Below, in pieces: positions 53,189-62,263 of a stretch of DNA of 64,000 nucleotides (its first letter is position 1; the number at the start of each line of letters is the position of its first letter). The stretch lies in contig CALJDU010000006.1 of NCBI GenBank assembly GCA_938024995.1, positions 83,052 through 147,051 of the forward strand, read 5' to 3'. The DNA is from an uncultured bacterium. Lineage in GTDB: Bacteria; Myxococcota_A; Polyangia; Polyangiales; Houyiibacteriaceae. The position numbers and the translations under genes are program-made. The notes beneath the pieces were generated by a model. It ran no database searches and was not told the origin of the DNA. It worked only from the letters and a program-made list of their open reading frames with translations.

Positions 53189-54589
53189 ATGGAATCGCTC
53201 GTCCACGCCGCGCCGACTGAGGTGCGCAAACGAAATGAACACACGTCCCCAGAGTCGCGCGTCGCGCTTTACGCGGCGATCGGCAGCCCGCGTTCCATTC
53301 TCAGAGCGCGACCCACAACGGAAGAGCGACGGATCGAAGACGCGGAAGTGGTCTCGGCCGCCGCGCGTGTGTCCCCCAAGTTCCTCGCTGCCCACGCGCT
53401 CGCCTCGCGCGCGCTCGGGGAGTCTTCCCGTGCGCCCGCGCTCTTGTGCGCGCTCCTCTCTCATCGGGATCCGGCTCTCCTCGCGGAGGTCTTCCCATGC
53501 GTCATCAATACGCCCGCGCTCGTGCGTCGCTTCGTCGGCGTTGTGCGCTCGGGCGTGAGCGGTCGTCGCTCGCTCGGGAGCGCGCCGAAACGCTTGATCG
53601 CGCGTTGGCTGCGATCGCTGTCAGACGACGCGGTGCTGACGAACGGCGCGAAGCTGCGCGACGTGATCCGCTTGTCTCATCCGCGACCTCGGTCCCGTGC
53701 CCGTGCGGCGCTGTATCGGCTTCTGCTCTCACGTCCATACGATGCCCATCGCTTGCCGAGATTGGCGAGCATGTGGGTCGCGTCCCAGAGCGGTGGCGAT
53801 ATCGACGAGCTCCCGCTCTCGCTCTGTCGCGTTAAGAAGGTCGGGATCCGCGCTCCGAGCGAGTATCTCCCTGCAGTCGCGCGAGCGTCTGCGCATGAGC
53901 TCGTGACGTCGCTCGATTGGCTGCGCGGGTTCGCCGACGACGCGCTCGTGGCCGCGGTCGCGACGCGACTTCGTGAGGCACGGGCCGAAGATGTGCGTCC
54001 CTACGCGCTGCTCCGTCTCCTTCGCGCGACGAGCTCACCCCGCGAGTGGGTGGACGCTGGGTTTTCACTTCTCGATCGCGCGAGTGAACGATCGAGCGAG
54101 GTTCGCGGGACGCTCGTCGTGGACACGAGCGCTTCGATGACCGCGCCCCTCTTCGCTACGCGAGGTGAGCGTCGAGATCCGATCGATGGACTGGATGTCG
54201 CGGCGCTCCTCATGACGACCCTCCGGGGACCTCATTTGCACGTGGTCGACTTCGCGGGTCGCCCGCTCTCGTCCGAGGGCGGCGTCCAAGATGTTCGCGG
54301 TCGTCTGGGGAATCTCCTCAGCTCGCCGCGTTCTGTCTCAAGCGCGATCGAGCAGCGGAGCGGAGAAATGATCGTGGTCACCGACGACGTCGGCTCGGAG
54401 CGCGCCTTGGCGCGTCTTGGTCAACGTCATGGCGCCGCGCTCAGCGTCGTCGACCTGTGCCCGACGAGCGTGGGTCAAGTGGCCGTCCGCTCCACCCGTT
54501 TCGCGGGTTTCAACGACATCTCGCTTCAGGTCCTGATGGACCGCGCCCAGCAAAAGACCTCTGTCCAGGAGGCCCGCTGGGCGTCTTAA
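53189..54589 (+). CDS. rsr: Ro60/TROVE-domain protein with C-terminal vWA domain (Rsr, Ro sixty-related RNA-binding protein)
   Basis: Recalled TROVE-like motifs: GRRSLGSAPKRLIARWL resembles GWGRGLR.AVA.WY, and NGAKLRDVIRLSHPRP resembles GWSHRDLLRLAHPKP. C-terminal MIDAS motif in LVVDTSASMTAP. Start ATG 53189 (an alternative TTG at 53177); the longer ORF 52901.. overlaps the tRNAs. Confidence 0.65.
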   Translation: MESLVHAAPTEVRKRNEHTSPESRVALYAAIGSPRSILRARPTTEERRIEDAEVVSAAARVSPKFLAAHALASRALGESSRAPALLCALLSHRDPALLAEVFPCVINTPALVRRFVGVVRSGVSGRRSLGSAPKRLIARWLRSLSDDAVLTNGAKLRDVIRLSHPRPRSRARAALYRLLLSRPYDAHRLPRLASMWVASQSGGDIDELPLSLCRVKKVGIRAPSEYLPAVARASAHELVTSLDWLRGFADDALVAAVATRLREARAEDVRPYALLRLLRATSSPREWVDAGFSLLDRASERSSEVRGTLVVDTSASMTAPLFATRGERRDPIDGLDVAALLMTTLRGPHLHVVDFAGRPLSSEGGVQDVRGRLGNLLSSPRSVSSAIEQRSGEMIVVTDDVGSERALARLGQRHGAALSVVDLCPTSVGQVAVRSTRFAGFNDISLQVLMDRAQQKTSVQEARWAS

Positions 54590-54706
54590 ACACCTCACGT
54601 CTCTTTTCCGTCGCGCCGCCCGCGATGGCTTGGATCCGCGTGAGTCACTTGAGAGCACTCCTGGATGGCGTTGAGATCGCGCCCGTGCTAATCCCGTCCC
54701 CGATTT

Positions 54707-54780
54707 TCCGGAGTCGTCTAATGGCAGGACAGCGGACTTTGAATCCGTGAATGGTGGTTCGAATCCACCCTCTGGAACCA
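54707..54780 (+). tRNA. tRNA-Gln (anticodon UUG)
   Basis: U1-A72 acceptor tccggag/ctctgga-A-CCA; anticodon arm gcgga-CTTTGAA-tccgt; T ggtgg-TTCGAAT-ccacc. Confidence 0.8.
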
Positions 54781-54918
54781 AACCCAGCGCGAACCTCGCG
54801 CTGGGTCTTTTAATGGCGTGGTGTCTTCTCATGGCGTGCTTGGGCCAGCGTCCGCTTTGGCGGAGAGATTCGCTTCGTGAATCGCGACGTGTAGACTTAG
54901 CGCAGGAGGCTCTCTTTC

Positions 54919-55716
54919 ATGCGCTACGCGATCTCGCTTTGCTTTGCTCTTTCGTTGTTCACTGTTGGCTGTGGCGACGATGACCCACCGCCGCCGCCGC
55001 CGCCGACCGACACAGGTGGTGACACCAGCCTTCCTGACACTGGACCGGGTCCCGATACCGGTCCGGGAATGGACACCGGCATGGGCATGGACTCCGGCAT
55101 GGACACCGGTTCGGGCATGGACACCGGTCCGGGCATGGACACAGGCACGGGCGACACGGATCTTCCTGATCCGCCCGACGGTGGAACAACCGTCGCGCTC
55201 GAGTTCTCGGATGCGTGCGACGCCTTCGCTTCGTGCGAGAGCGACATCGTCGGGACGTGGACCTACACCAGCGCGTGTGCGCCGCTCGCTGTAAGTGTTC
55301 CTTCCATGTTCGATGTCTGCGCCGATCCGGAGACGGGCGAGGTGGCCTATGAAGTGCGGACGCGGAGCGGGAGCGTGAGCGGGTTCGTGATGGCGAGCGC
55401 GACCGAGATCACGCGGATGGTTTCGGTCGAGACGCAGCTCGAGATCTTCATCCCGGACAGCTGCATCATGGGTGTGGAGTGCTCGTTCATCGAGACGATG
55501 TCAGGGTACAGCTGTCCTGCCGTTGCCGGCGGTTGCCTCTGCACGGTCGAACAGACCGACGTCGTGAACGAGAGCGAGGCGTACACGATCTCCGGGACGA
55601 CCGTCATGATGGCCGGCGGCGACACCTTTGAGGTGTGCGTCGATGGAGACAACCTGACGTACGTGAACACGACGCTGTCGGCAGGCGACACCGCCATCTA
55701 CAACATGACTCGCTAA
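54919..55716 (+). CDS. Secreted lipoprotein, hypothetical (DTG/MDTG repeat linker, Cys-rich C-terminal domain)
   Basis: Signal ISLCFALSLFTVGC|GDDD; PPPPPPP; (G)MDTG × 8; 10 Cys. Confidence 0.5.
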   Translation: MRYAISLCFALSLFTVGCGDDDPPPPPPPTDTGGDTSLPDTGPGPDTGPGMDTGMGMDSGMDTGSGMDTGPGMDTGTGDTDLPDPPDGGTTVALEFSDACDAFASCESDIVGTWTYTSACAPLAVSVPSMFDVCADPETGEVAYEVRTRSGSVSGFVMASATEITRMVSVETQLEIFIPDSCIMGVECSFIETMSGYSCPAVAGGCLCTVEQTDVVNESEAYTISGTTVMMAGGDTFEVCVDGDNLTYVNTTLSAGDTAIYNMTR

Positions 55717-55736
55717 CGCGACGTCTCGCGGAACGA

Positions 55737-55770
55737 AAAAAGCCAGGCGGTGACGCCTGGCTTTTTTTGG
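55737..55770. terminator. Bidirectional rho-independent terminator hairpin
   Basis: aaaaagccaggcg-gtga-cgcctggcttttttt: 9-bp GC stem flanked by an A-run and a T-run, between convergent genes. Confidence 0.65.
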
Positions 55771-55811
55771 ACCGCAACTTGAGTCGAAGCGGCCGACGCA
55801 GAACGCAGAGC

Positions 55812-56120
55812 TCAGAACGCCGACGTCTGCTCCGCGGCGGCCTTCGCTTCATGGTCCGCGGCGCAGCGGGGGCACGCGACAGCTTCCTTCGCGATCTCGT
55901 AACCGGCGCCGCCGGGATCGTCGAAGTGCTTGGCCTTGCGGCCAATGCGGAGCTTGTTGGCCTTGGGTCGGCTCGGGTATTCGGTCGGACGGGTCTCAGT
56001 GGTGACGCGGACCGAAGGGGTCCGGGCCGGCATGACCATGTCGCAAAGTTCACAGCGGTACATTCGAAAAGATTCCTCCAGGAAGGGCGGTGGTCTAACA
56101 GCCTCGTCCCATGTGGGCAA
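55812..56120 (-). CDS. Zinc-ribbon small protein (FmdB-family-like putative regulator)
   Basis: YRCELCD…ACPRCAAD gives CxxC…CxxC. The functional start is probably internal at MYRCEL, giving ~83 aa. Confidence 0.4.
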   Translation of the reverse strand: MPTWDEAVRPPPFLEESFRMYRCELCDMVMPARTPSVRVTTETRPTEYPSRPKANKLRIGRKAKHFDDPGGAGYEIAKEAVACPRCAADHEAKAAAEQTSAF

Positions 56121-56181
56121 GCGACGGGCTGCAATGGTTTGAGCTGGCCCTGCGCGCGGCTCGGCGGGGCGCCAAAGGCCG

Positions 56182-56676
56182 TTAGCGGCCCTGTGTAAGT
56201 ACCTTCATGCGGCGCGCCTGAACATGCGTCAATGCCACAGCGAGCGCATCGGTGGCGTCTTCGCCTGGGAGTTCCCGTAGCCCAAGCATCGCCGCCACGA
56301 TTCGCGCGACCTGTGCTTTGTCCGCGCGCCCTCGTCCTGTCACGGTCTTCTTGACGAGGGCCGGCGGGTACTCGTGGACCGGGAGACCCGCACGGGCCGC
56401 GATCAACAGCGCGACCCCACGTGCGTGACCGAGCTTGATCGCCGCGTTTGCGTACTTCGCGAAGAAGATCTGCTCGACCGCGACCTCCGTCGGCTGGTGA
56501 AGCGCGATCGCTTCGGTCAGCCCGCGGTCGATGTTGAGGAGGCGCTCCGGAAGCGGCTTCTTGGTCCCCGCTTTCACGACCCCTGCGGCGATGACCTTAC
56601 AGCGCGGCCCGTGCGGCTCCACGATTCCCCAACCGGTGAGTCGAGAGCCAGGGTCAATTCCGAGGACGCGCGCCAC
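56182..56676 (-). CDS. ruvC: Crossover junction endodeoxyribonuclease RuvC
   Basis: MARVLGIDPGSRLTGWGIVE… is the RuvC N-terminus with the catalytic Asp. Full-length 164 aa with a conserved C-terminal …DALAVALTH. Confidence 0.85.
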   Translation of the reverse strand: MARVLGIDPGSRLTGWGIVEPHGPRCKVIAAGVVKAGTKKPLPERLLNIDRGLTEAIALHQPTEVAVEQIFFAKYANAAIKLGHARGVALLIAARAGLPVHEYPPALVKKTVTGRGRADKAQVARIVAAMLGLRELPGEDATDALAVALTHVQARRMKVLTQGR

Positions 56677-56763
56677 GGGTCAACCTATCAGGTCAGGACA
56701 GGTTTGGAGCCGCTGGAACGCGAGGCGGGAACTTCTCGCTCCGGGCCGCGTCTATAGTGTCTT

Positions 56764-58767
56764 GTGCCGTCCCGCGCGCCGTTCCGCGTCCCCGTCCTGC
56801 CGCTCATCGTGGTGATCGCCGCTGCGCTCTTGCTCGGCTTGGTCGTCCACCGATTGCGAGACAAGCGCGGCGCGGCGTCGCTCACGGTTCGTGTCCTGGG
56901 ATGCTCACCGCGTTGCCAGGAAGGCCTCGGTCGTCGACTTCGCTTTCAGCTGGAGCAGGTCGGCTTCGCGGTGAGCCTTTCGTCGTTCCCTTCGGAGGAG
57001 CACGCGAGCTGGGTCGCGCGCGAGACCCAAGAGGACCACTTCCTCACGCTCTCCGTGACCGAGTCGAGCCGACGCGAGAGCGTGCTCGAGGGCAGGGCGT
57101 CGCGTGGAGTGCGGCTGACCTCGTCGCTCCGCGCGCGTACCGGTGAGCTCCTCCACACCAGCACGCTGGAGGTGCAAGAAGAGTCGGCGGACGAAGACGC
57201 CGCGCTCTTCAACGGCGGACTGAAGATCATCGACGCGACCAGCGCGGAGCTCAGCGCGGCGCTCCTTGTCCGCGAACCCGTTCAGCGGTTCGTCGACACC
57301 GTTCCGCGTGCCCAAGACATCTTTCGCCACGATCGGATCGCGCGCGCACGACAAGCGCTTGAGGCGAGGCGCGACGCGATGGCGGCGTTTGCGACGTCGT
57401 GCGAAGCCGCGCGGACGGCGGCGGAAGGAGACGCGCGATGCGTCACCGCGGCCTGTGGCGAGGAGTACCTGCTCGGCGTCCTCGCCAATGGCGACGCGGT
57501 GGTCCAGGTCGATCCCGCCGCGGCGATTTTTCCGATCGGGTCCGCGAACGATGTGGGTCGCCTCGACCTCCCAGAGCGCATCGAGGTCGTGTCTCCCGAT
57601 GGCGCGCGACGAACCGTGAGCGTCGCCGGTCGCTATGCACCCTACGGCGGTGTCTCTCGGGACGGTCGTTTCGCGACCGTGATCGAGCGCGCGGAGAACC
57701 GAAGCGCGCTCGTGATGCTGGACCTGTCGAGCGGAGCGCGTTGGGAGGTGCTCCACGTCGACGCGCCTGCTCGGATCATGCGCCCTCAGCCGTCGCCCGA
57801 CGGAAGCACGATCGCGTTCGTCTTTCGTGAGTTCACGCGGGACGACGACCGCGTGATGATCGTCTCCGCGCGCGGCGGTACGCCCACGGAGCCGGTTCCC
57901 TTTGGACGAGCCGCGCGGTTCGTGGAGGTGGCGGGCGAGACGCTCTTGGCGGTGAGCGTTCCAGAAGAGATGAGCGAGGGCGGAAGAGGTTCGCGCGCGC
58001 GCGACCTGGACCTCTCCGATGTGGTGGACGATCTCGAAGACACGGTCGCGAGCGAGACCCTGCCGAAGCGGGCGCACCTCACGATCGTTCGCCTCTTGCC
58101 TACGCTCGAAGTGGTCGCGCGGATCGGCGGTGTGAACGTCGATGCGCGCGCGCTCGCCGGAGCCAAAGAGCAGAGCTTGTTCTTCACGACCGGAGATCGC
58201 GCTTCGTGTGGGGTTGGCCGTTTTGATCTCGTCCGCCGCGCGACCACGCTTCGGACCGCGCCCTGTCTTGGCTACCCCACGCTGGTGGGTGAGCAGCTTG
58301 TCGCGATGGTCGCGTCGATGGAGGATGGATCGACCGGCGCTCCCAATGAGGTCGTCCTGGAAGAAGAAGAGAACCGCGAACGTCCCGACGCTGCGCCCGA
58401 CGCGAGCTCACGCGATGGTGACGCGGGACCCGACGCAGGCGACGCGGATGACGACACGTTGAACGAAAGCTCGACCGCGCGCGGATCGTCGGTCGAGCTC
58501 GCCTCGTTCCCGCTGACGCTCTTGTTCGAGCGTATGGACGCGTCTCACACAGCGCGAGAACGCGTTGTGGAGAGCGACGCGCAGAACGTGAACGAGACTG
58601 AGACGATCTCGCTCTACGCTGTGACGGACAACGATGTGCTTGAGCGTTTTCCAAAAGCGCATCCCGATGGAGATCTCCGCGCCGTCTGGCATGAACGCGT
58701 CGCGCCGCCTCGTTTCGCGCGCCACCCCATGGTGTCGGTCTGCCTCACGACGGTTGCCGAGGACTGA
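56764..58767 (+). CDS. Hypothetical membrane-anchored protein with beta-propeller-like (TolB/WD40-like) middle region and acidic C-terminal segment
   Basis: N-terminal TM helix VLPLIVVIAAALLLGLVV; …PDGSTIAFV…SARGG… resembles TolB-type repeats; no catalytic motif. Confidence 0.4.
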   Translation: MPSRAPFRVPVLPLIVVIAAALLLGLVVHRLRDKRGAASLTVRVLGCSPRCQEGLGRRLRFQLEQVGFAVSLSSFPSEEHASWVARETQEDHFLTLSVTESSRRESVLEGRASRGVRLTSSLRARTGELLHTSTLEVQEESADEDAALFNGGLKIIDATSAELSAALLVREPVQRFVDTVPRAQDIFRHDRIARARQALEARRDAMAAFATSCEAARTAAEGDARCVTAACGEEYLLGVLANGDAVVQVDPAAAIFPIGSANDVGRLDLPERIEVVSPDGARRTVSVAGRYAPYGGVSRDGRFATVIERAENRSALVMLDLSSGARWEVLHVDAPARIMRPQPSPDGSTIAFVFREFTRDDDRVMIVSARGGTPTEPVPFGRAARFVEVAGETLLAVSVPEEMSEGGRGSRARDLDLSDVVDDLEDTVASETLPKRAHLTIVRLLPTLEVVARIGGVNVDARALAGAKEQSLFFTTGDRASCGVGRFDLVRRATTLRTAPCLGYPTLVGEQLVAMVASMEDGSTGAPNEVVLEEEENRERPDAAPDASSRDGDAGPDAGDADDDTLNESSTARGSSVELASFPLTLLFERMDASHTARERVVESDAQNVNETETISLYAVTDNDVLERFPKAHPDGDLRAVWHERVAPPRFARHPMVSVCLTTVAED

Positions 58768-58782
58768 AAACAACCTCACATC

Positions 58783-59784
58783 GTGACGGTGCGTAGGTAT
58801 GTCGGCATCGCGCTCTACGCTTTCGTCTTCGCGTCGCTCACGCTCGGCTTCCCGCTTTGGATCTCCTTTGCGTTGATTCGCGACGTGATCCGCTCCGCAC
58901 GTTTCGCGAGCGCGCGGGTGCTCTGCTTTGCGTGGGTGTACTTCGGCGCGGAGCTTCTCGGCGTGATCGCCGCGGGCTGGATCTGGGTGACCACGTCTCC
59001 GCGGGACGAGGAGGGCTTCCAAGAGCAGAACCTCGCGTTGCAGGCATGGTGGGCAGATCTTCTGTTGCGAACGGTGAAGCGCACCCTCGGCATCGACTTC
59101 GTGGTGGAGTCGAGCGACTTGAGCGGGCCGCTCCTCGTTTTCATGCGGCACTCGAGCATCATCGACACGCTGCTCCCAGGCGCCTTCGTTTCCCGAGCCG
59201 GCGGGATTCGTCTTCGCTACGTCTTGAAACGTGAGCTGTTGGTCGACCCATGTCTCGAGATCGTGGGGAAACGGCTCCCCAACTACTTCGTCGACCGGAG
59301 CGGTGAGACGCGTGAGGAGCTCGCCGGGATCGCGGCGCTCGCGACCGACCTGGGGGAGCGCGACGGCGTCGTGATTTATCCCGAAGGCACCCGGTTCTCG
59401 TTCGCGAAACGGAAGCGCGCGCTCGCTGCCATCAAGAAAAAGTCGCCGCAGCTGCTCTCCCGCGCAGAGGCGATGACCTCGGTGCTCCCGCCGCGCTTGG
59501 GAGGGCCGCTCACGCTTTTGGGATCGTCGTCGGCAGATGTTGTGATCTGCGCTCATCGAGGTCTCGAGGGCTTTGAGCAGGTCCGCGACATGCTGAGCGG
59601 CTCCTTGGTGGGCTCCACGGTTTGGGTGCGGTTTTCTCGGTTTTCGCGGGCCGAGATTCCAGCTGAGAGCGAAGACCAGGTGGATTGGCTCTTCGCGCGC
59701 TGGGCAGAGGTGGACCAGTTTTGCCGCGATGATTCCGCAACGGAGCGCACGTCAGCGCAAGATGATGAAAGCAGCGCAAGATGA
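58783..59784 (+). CDS. Lysophospholipid acyltransferase (PlsC/LPLAT family)
   Basis: HX4D motif MRHSSIIDTL and motif III VIYPEGTRF; N-terminal TM helices. Confidence 0.65.
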   Translation: MTVRRYVGIALYAFVFASLTLGFPLWISFALIRDVIRSARFASARVLCFAWVYFGAELLGVIAAGWIWVTTSPRDEEGFQEQNLALQAWWADLLLRTVKRTLGIDFVVESSDLSGPLLVFMRHSSIIDTLLPGAFVSRAGGIRLRYVLKRELLVDPCLEIVGKRLPNYFVDRSGETREELAGIAALATDLGERDGVVIYPEGTRFSFAKRKRALAAIKKKSPQLLSRAEAMTSVLPPRLGGPLTLLGSSSADVVICAHRGLEGFEQVRDMLSGSLVGSTVWVRFSRFSRAEIPAESEDQVDWLFARWAEVDQFCRDDSATERTSAQDDESSAR

Positions 59785-60029
59785 TGAAAGCATTGCGTAA
59801 ACGCGAAGTGGGCGGACACTGGCCGCTCAGCCGGAATTAGCGCTCCAATTTTCTTTCTGATGAATCGTCTACGATCCTCATGGGTTAGCGATGGAGGGAT
59901 CAATCGCGATGGACTCATTTGGGCCAGCCTGCTAGCTTCGCCGTCCTCGAAACCCCCGCGTCCCATCGTTCCTTTGAGCGATTTTTTGGCTGAATCGGTG
60001 CTTTTCGAGTGACTGTCTAAGGCTCCATC

Positions 60030-60062
60030 CACACCTGTGGATAACTTGTGGACCCAACCCTG
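60030..60062 (+). promoter_or_regulatory. DnaA box cluster upstream of dnaA (autoregulatory/oriC-proximal)
   Basis: ccatccacacc, ctgtggataac (exact rc of TTATCCACA) and ttgtggac within 33 bp. Confidence 0.55.
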
Positions 60063-60073
60063 CTCCGTCCTTT

Positions 60074-61504
60074 TTGAGGCTAAATTTGATGGAAATCCCG
60101 ATGGACACCGTGTGGAAAACTGCTCTGACGTCGCTGCGCGGAAAGCTCTCTTCGGAGAACTTCGGCACTTGGCTTGCGCCGATCGTCTTTGATGGGCTGT
60201 CCGATCGCACCCTGTCCCTTCGAATCCCAAATCGCTTCTATCAAGACTGGATCACCAATCATTACCAAGACTTGCTCTTCGAGTCGCTCAAGGCAGAGCT
60301 GCCGGAAGGCGAGGCGCCGACCAAGATCGCGTGGACGGTGGACGAGGCGCTCCAAGAGAAGGTGAAAGATCGTGCTGCCGACCTGAAGCGCTCTGAGCAG
60401 AGAAACGATGTTCAGGTCGCCGCCGCTCCGGTTGCGGCTGTCGCGTCACGCAAGGAGTCGCCCCTCACGCGCCCCTTCGCGGACCTCAACCCCAAGTACC
60501 GCTTTGACAACTTCGTCGTGGGGCCAAGCAACCAGCTCGCGCACGCGGCCAGCAAGGCGGTTGGTTCAGCGCCGGGTCGTCGCTACAACCCGCTCTTCAT
60601 CTATGGTGGCGTGGGTCTTGGCAAGACCCACCTGATGAACGCCATGGGTCACGAGATGCTTCGCTCCAACCCGGACGCCTGCATCCTCTACCTCTCCGCG
60701 GAGCGGTTCACGAACGAGTTCATCTGGTCTCTGCAGAACCACTGCATCGATGAGTTCCGCAAGCAGTACCGCGAGAACTGCGACCTCCTCTTGATGGACG
60801 ACATTCAGTTCTTGGCCGGTCGCGATCAGACGCAGGAAGAGTTCTTCCACACGTTCAACGCGCTCTACCACCAGGACCGCCAGATCGTCGTGACCTCGGA
60901 TGTCTACCCGCACGAGATCTCGAAGATGGAAGAGCGGCTCATCAGTCGCTTCCAGTCCGGCATGGTCGCCGACATCCAGCCGCCAGAGCTCGACACCCGC
61001 GTCGCGATTCTTCAGAAGAAGGCGGAGGTGGAAGACATCAACCTGCCCGGCGACGTCGCGCACTACCTCGCGCAGGTCGTGAAGAGCAACGTTCGCGAGC
61101 TCGAGGGCACGCTGCTGCGTCTCGCGGTGAAAGCCGATCTCTTGGCGCGCCCGATCGACCTCAACCTCGCGCGCGAGTCGATGCGCGCGGTCTTGCCTCC
61201 GCCCGACCAAGCGATGTCGGTCGAGGACATTCAGCGCGCGGTCTGCCACTACTTCAACCTCAAGCTGAGCGACATCAAATCGAAGCGCCGGCACCGCAAC
61301 ATCAGCTACCCGCGGCAGGTCGCGATGTACATCGCGCGTGAGCGTCTCGGCACCAGCTACCCCGAGCTGGGCGAGCGCTTCGGCGGCAAGGATCACACGA
61401 CCGTGATCAGCGCGGTCCGGAAGATCTCAGGGCTCCTCGAGCACGAAGACGAGAGCACCGGGACCGCGATCGAAGCGATCGAGCGCAAGCTCGGCCTCGC
61501 CTGA
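60074..61504 (+). CDS. dnaA: Chromosomal replication initiator protein DnaA
   Basis: AAA+ Walker A GGVGLGKTHL, Walker B LLMDDIQF, sensor motifs, and C-terminal DNA-binding helix …YPRQVAMYIARE…GGKDHTTV. The functional start is likely internal (MDTVWK…). Confidence 0.9.
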   Translation: MRLNLMEIPMDTVWKTALTSLRGKLSSENFGTWLAPIVFDGLSDRTLSLRIPNRFYQDWITNHYQDLLFESLKAELPEGEAPTKIAWTVDEALQEKVKDRAADLKRSEQRNDVQVAAAPVAAVASRKESPLTRPFADLNPKYRFDNFVVGPSNQLAHAASKAVGSAPGRRYNPLFIYGGVGLGKTHLMNAMGHEMLRSNPDACILYLSAERFTNEFIWSLQNHCIDEFRKQYRENCDLLLMDDIQFLAGRDQTQEEFFHTFNALYHQDRQIVVTSDVYPHEISKMEERLISRFQSGMVADIQPPELDTRVAILQKKAEVEDINLPGDVAHYLAQVVKSNVRELEGTLLRLAVKADLLARPIDLNLARESMRAVLPPPDQAMSVEDIQRAVCHYFNLKLSDIKSKRRHRNISYPRQVAMYIARERLGTSYPELGERFGGKDHTTVISAVRKISGLLEHEDESTGTAIEAIERKLGLA

Positions 61505-61522
61505 TCACCTTCGGCCTACCCG

Positions 61523-62263
61523 TCAGCGTCGAGAACGTTGTTGGAGCCGAAGCTCCGGCGTCTTGCCGTTAAGCCGCACGTCATAGAAGCGCGACTTGTT
61601 GAAGAACTTCGAGTGCGTCGAGCGGACGTCGAGCTGACGAAAGAAGCGTCCCGCCGGATGCCGAAGGATGGAACGCAAGTAGTGCATGCGCGTGTCCCAT
61701 GGGCTTGAGGGCTCGACCGCCTCAAACCCGGCTCCGTCCGGGTACGAACCGCTCTCGAACGTCTTCATCGACGCCAAGAACCCATAGCGCCACGTGTAGC
61801 CAGAGCGGAAGGCGTTTCGGTAGCTCCACAACGGGCGAATGAACGAGAGCGGTTGGTCGTGCGCCAAACGCTCGAACTCTTCGGCGTCCGCTTTGCGTTT
61901 CGTCAGGGTCGCCTGGATGCCCGCGCGGATAACCGGCGCGCGTGGATCGCCGGCCTCTTCCAGCCAGTCCGCGTAGACCTCGTACAGCTCTGCGCGCTCC
62001 GGGTCGGCGGCGATCTGCTGCACGAGCGTCTCGTTTTCGGCGTGACTCGCGAGCAGGTAGCCCTTGCGCATGAGGTGGTGAACGCGGCGCTGGAAGTGGA
62101 CCGCCGGCGGAGAGGCTGGCTCGGTCGGGAGCTCGTCGATGCGCTCGCTGAGCGCGTGCCCAAGACGTCCATAGCGCTGAACCAAAACACCTCGGCGCAA
62201 CCTGATGTCGATGACAGAGCACCCACGCCGAAGCTCAACGTGTTGGTGGTGCTCGCTGGTCAT
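61523..62263 (-). CDS. TIGR02996 (repeat-companion core) domain protein, paralog 1
   Basis: YEVYADWLEEAGDPRAPVIRAGIQAT signature; start at internal ATG 62263 (MTSEHHQ…), which overlaps the stop of the upstream paralog. Confidence 0.5.
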   Translation of the reverse strand: MTSEHHQHVELRRGCSVIDIRLRRGVLVQRYGRLGHALSERIDELPTEPASPPAVHFQRRVHHLMRKGYLLASHAENETLVQQIAADPERAELYEVYADWLEEAGDPRAPVIRAGIQATLTKRKADAEEFERLAHDQPLSFIRPLWSYRNAFRSGYTWRYGFLASMKTFESGSYPDGAGFEAVEPSSPWDTRMHYLRSILRHPAGRFFRQLDVRSTHSKFFNKSRFYDVRLNGKTPELRLQQRSRR

